Below are positions 61,647 to 64,000 of a stretch of DNA of 64,000 bases, piece by piece. Below the pieces are notes generated by a model. That model worked only from the letters and a program-made list of their open reading frames with translations. It did no database searches and had not been told where the DNA came from. The position numbers and the translations under genes were made by a program. How positions within the stretch are numbered: position 1 is the first letter of the stretch; each line of letters starts with the position of its first letter. The stretch comes from Lama guanicoe (taxonomy: Eukaryota): assembly GCA_013239625.1 (NCBI GenBank), contig MU056756.1, forward strand, positions 496,001 through 560,000, read 5' to 3'.

Positions 61647-62716
61647 ACCAGCAGTGCTCATGGTCCCCGACTCTGCACTTTGATGAGGAGAGGCGCTCGC
61701 CTGCGCCCAGGACTATGAAAGGGCTACCCGGAAGTCGGAACCCGCCGCAACTGTGCTCTGGCCACACGTGGGGCTTGGCGCCCCCCGAGGACTGCGAGCT
61801 CGGCCACGGCCACCTCCACCACGGGCAGGAGGGGCGGCAGCCCTACCTGCTCCGCCCGGCGGAGAGCTGCCCCGTGGACCACCACCGCTGCTCCCCCCGG
61901 GCCTCCGTCCACTCGGACTGCGTGGTGATGCCTGTGGCGCTGGGCGACCACGTGTCCAGCAGCACCTTTCCCCGGATGCACTACAGCTCCCACTACGACC
62001 CCCGGGACGACTGCGCCACGTCCCACGCCAGCGCCAAGATCAACCGGATCCCGGCCAACCTCCTGGACCAGTTCGAGAAGCAGCTCCCACTGCACCGGGA
62101 CGGGTTCCACACGCTGCAGTACCAGCGGACGTCCGCGGGCACCGAGCAGCGCAGCGAGAGCCCAGGGCGCATCCGGCACCTCGTCCACTCCGTGCAGAAG
62201 CTCTTCACCAAGTCCCACTCCCTGGAGGGCTCGGCCAAGAGCAGCGTGAACGGGACCAAGGGGGACGGCCGGCCGGACGACCACCACCACGGCCACCACG
62301 CCAAGCACGGCAAGCGGAGCAAGAGCAAGGAGCGCAGGCCGGAGCCCAGGCTCAGGTCGGGGCTGAGCAGCTGGTGGGGCTCGGATGACAACCTGGACAG
62401 TGACAGCACCTACCGGGCGTCCAGTGCCATCAGCAGGCCGCACGTGGGCCCCCTCGCCCACTGCTACCCCGACGCGCTCCCGGGCCCCTTTGGGGACCTG
62501 TCGCTGCGCACCTCCAAGAGCAACAGCGACGTCAAGTGCTCGGCCTGCGAGGGCGTGGCCATGACGCCGGACACCAGGTACATGAAGCGGAGCTCCTGGT
62601 CCACCCTGACGGTGAGCCAGGCCAAGGAGGCCTACCGCAAGAGCTCGCTGCACCTGGACAAGCCGCTGGTGCACCCGGAGACCAAGCCGCCGCTGCGGCC
62701 CTGCCACTACCTGCAG
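61647..62716 (+). CDS. DLGAP2: DLGAP2 large coding exon (1070 nt) encoding the N-terminal region of SAPAP2, with the internal ATG (MKGL...) at 61715
   Basis: Lies within ORF 61505..62905. It contains the DLGAP/SAPAP family motifs SSTFPRMHY, KINRIPANLLDQFEKQLP, RDGFHTLQY, SESPGRIRHLVHSVQKLFTKSHSLEG, WW.SDDNLDSDS and KRSSWSTLTVSQA, and ends in CHYLQ. The MKGL.GSR start, the HHHxHHAKH tract and the RPCHYLQ end identify paralog 2. Acceptor is tgtgctttctccgcag (ends 61646) and donor is CTGCAG|gtaagg (62717). Confidence 0.97.
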
Positions 62717-64000
62717 GTAAGGTCTCCCGGCAGCGGCGGGCGGGCGGGCGGGGGCCTGGGGGAGCCCCCTCCTCTAGCCCGCAGCCGCCTTTGCGCCTCG
62801 AAGGCCGAGGGCTTGGCAGCAACTGTGCAATGCCTCAGCCCGCGTCCTGTTTTCTCGTTGGAGAGTGGCGGGTTTGGCCGGAGCGGGTTCGCTGGCCTTC
62901 CCTGACGGAAGCATCTTTAAACCTGCAGGACACCGAGGCGCGTGGTTGTGGAGAATGCATCTGTTCCTCTGGGGTGCAGATGAAACACATTCACCAGAGG
63001 CAAAAACAGACTAAACACGGTGGGTGGGTGGCTGGAGGAGGCGCACCATGGAACTCCGTGTTATATAATTTCCTTCCCATCTCAGCGCCTCATCACGCTG
63101 TGGCTGAGTGTGCTGGGGGTGCCCCGAGAGGCACCCACCTCTTTTAAGGAGCTCCTGCCCTGACTTCTGTCAGTGCAGCAGTGCTGTCAGCAAAGACTGA
63201 AGGTCTGAAGTTTCCCTTTAGAACACGTGTAGTCGGATTCCAGTTCAGCCACTTCGCCTCTCCCGACAGCAGCAGCTGAGGGCTGCGTGCCGGGTTAGAG
63301 ATCTTCCCAGAGCAACGGGTAACAGTGCTGAGTGCCGGCTGAGTCACCAGGCGGGCAATTAATGGGACTACAGACAACTGGGAGTCTTTTCAGGCGTCAG
63401 GTGGCTGCAGATCATTTTAGCAGCTCCGACTGCCATCTGGTACCTTGTCCAAAACCCAGTGGTTCTGTTTTAAACGGAAATGTTAACCAAATTGCTTTTG
63501 CAGGCAGATTTATTCAAGGAGACAAATTGGTAGTCGGATAAAATATTATTTTTATAGCAATGGAAGGGACGAGTCCTGCTTGTAGTGAGCGAGCTCTGGT
63601 AAGACATAAACATGGCGGCTTTGCCTGGATGCGTCTAAAGGGACACGATGGGGGCGCCCAGGGCCCCGTCCACTCGTTCTTGGAGAAGCAGGCCTCTCTT
63701 GTCTTTCTCCGTTTGTACCTGGGAAGCCTCTCGCGCGGTGTCCCCTCAGCATTTCAGAATGGGCCTCCAGCTGTGGTGCTGGGTCCCTGGGAGCCAGACC
63801 CGCCACCCAGCTTCTGGAGCCGTCCATTCCCGGCTCGTCTTGTCTCACCCACGCCCACCCCCCTTCCCACCCAGGGCACGTCGAAACAAACCCCACACGG
63901 CCCGCCCCGGACAGAGACGGCACACGGCGAGCGGTGACCCACTCCAGTGCTCTGTCTTTGGTTCCCAGCTTGGCCTTGTGCCTGTGACGGGCGGTCCAGA
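62717..64000 (+). other. DLGAP2: 5' part of the next DLGAP2 intron
   Basis: Starts at a strong donor (gtaagg). Similarity to DLGAP2 ends at HYLQ, and the expected next exon (VPQDEW...) is not in the window. Confidence 0.88.

Noticed and set aside
61724-62707. 327-aa ORF on the minus strand, and the 211-aa alternative + frame ORF (61753..62388)
   Set aside because: These are shadows of the DLGAP2 exon. Near-total G/C at third positions removes stop codons from other frames, and neither has recognisable protein features.

Overview
This window is mammalian genomic DNA, not prokaryotic. It is GC- and CpG-rich and lies within the DLGAP2 (SAPAP2, postsynaptic scaffold) gene on the + strand. I can support two coding exons: a 66-nt exon at 51214-51279 (EEEGGDLAQSGISFPGPAEEDL), which the ORF track misses, and a 1070-nt exon at 61647-62716 containing the MKGL start of the shorter isoform. 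The rest is intron. It holds old transposon relics (MER20, MER5, Charlie4z-like, MIR, L2, L1M, MLT1), two ERV1-type solo LTRs, a 5'-truncated L1, two CpG-island-like elements, several AT-rich patches that may be constrained enhancers, a 16-bp minisatellite and a 1.1-kb purine/pyrimidine-alternating satellite. The repeat content points to a cetartiodactyl, most likely a camelid (inference). Nearly all other ORFs in the track are GC-rich noise. I found no new protein-coding system. The best leads are a perfect five-unit heat-shock element in the intron, a strong AT-to-GC shift in transposons and the exon (GC-biased gene conversion), LTR-flanked or promoter-like CpG islands, and an overlapping uORF chain before the internal ATG. 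Repeat family names and human comparisons come from my memory of consensus sequences and need confirming by search.
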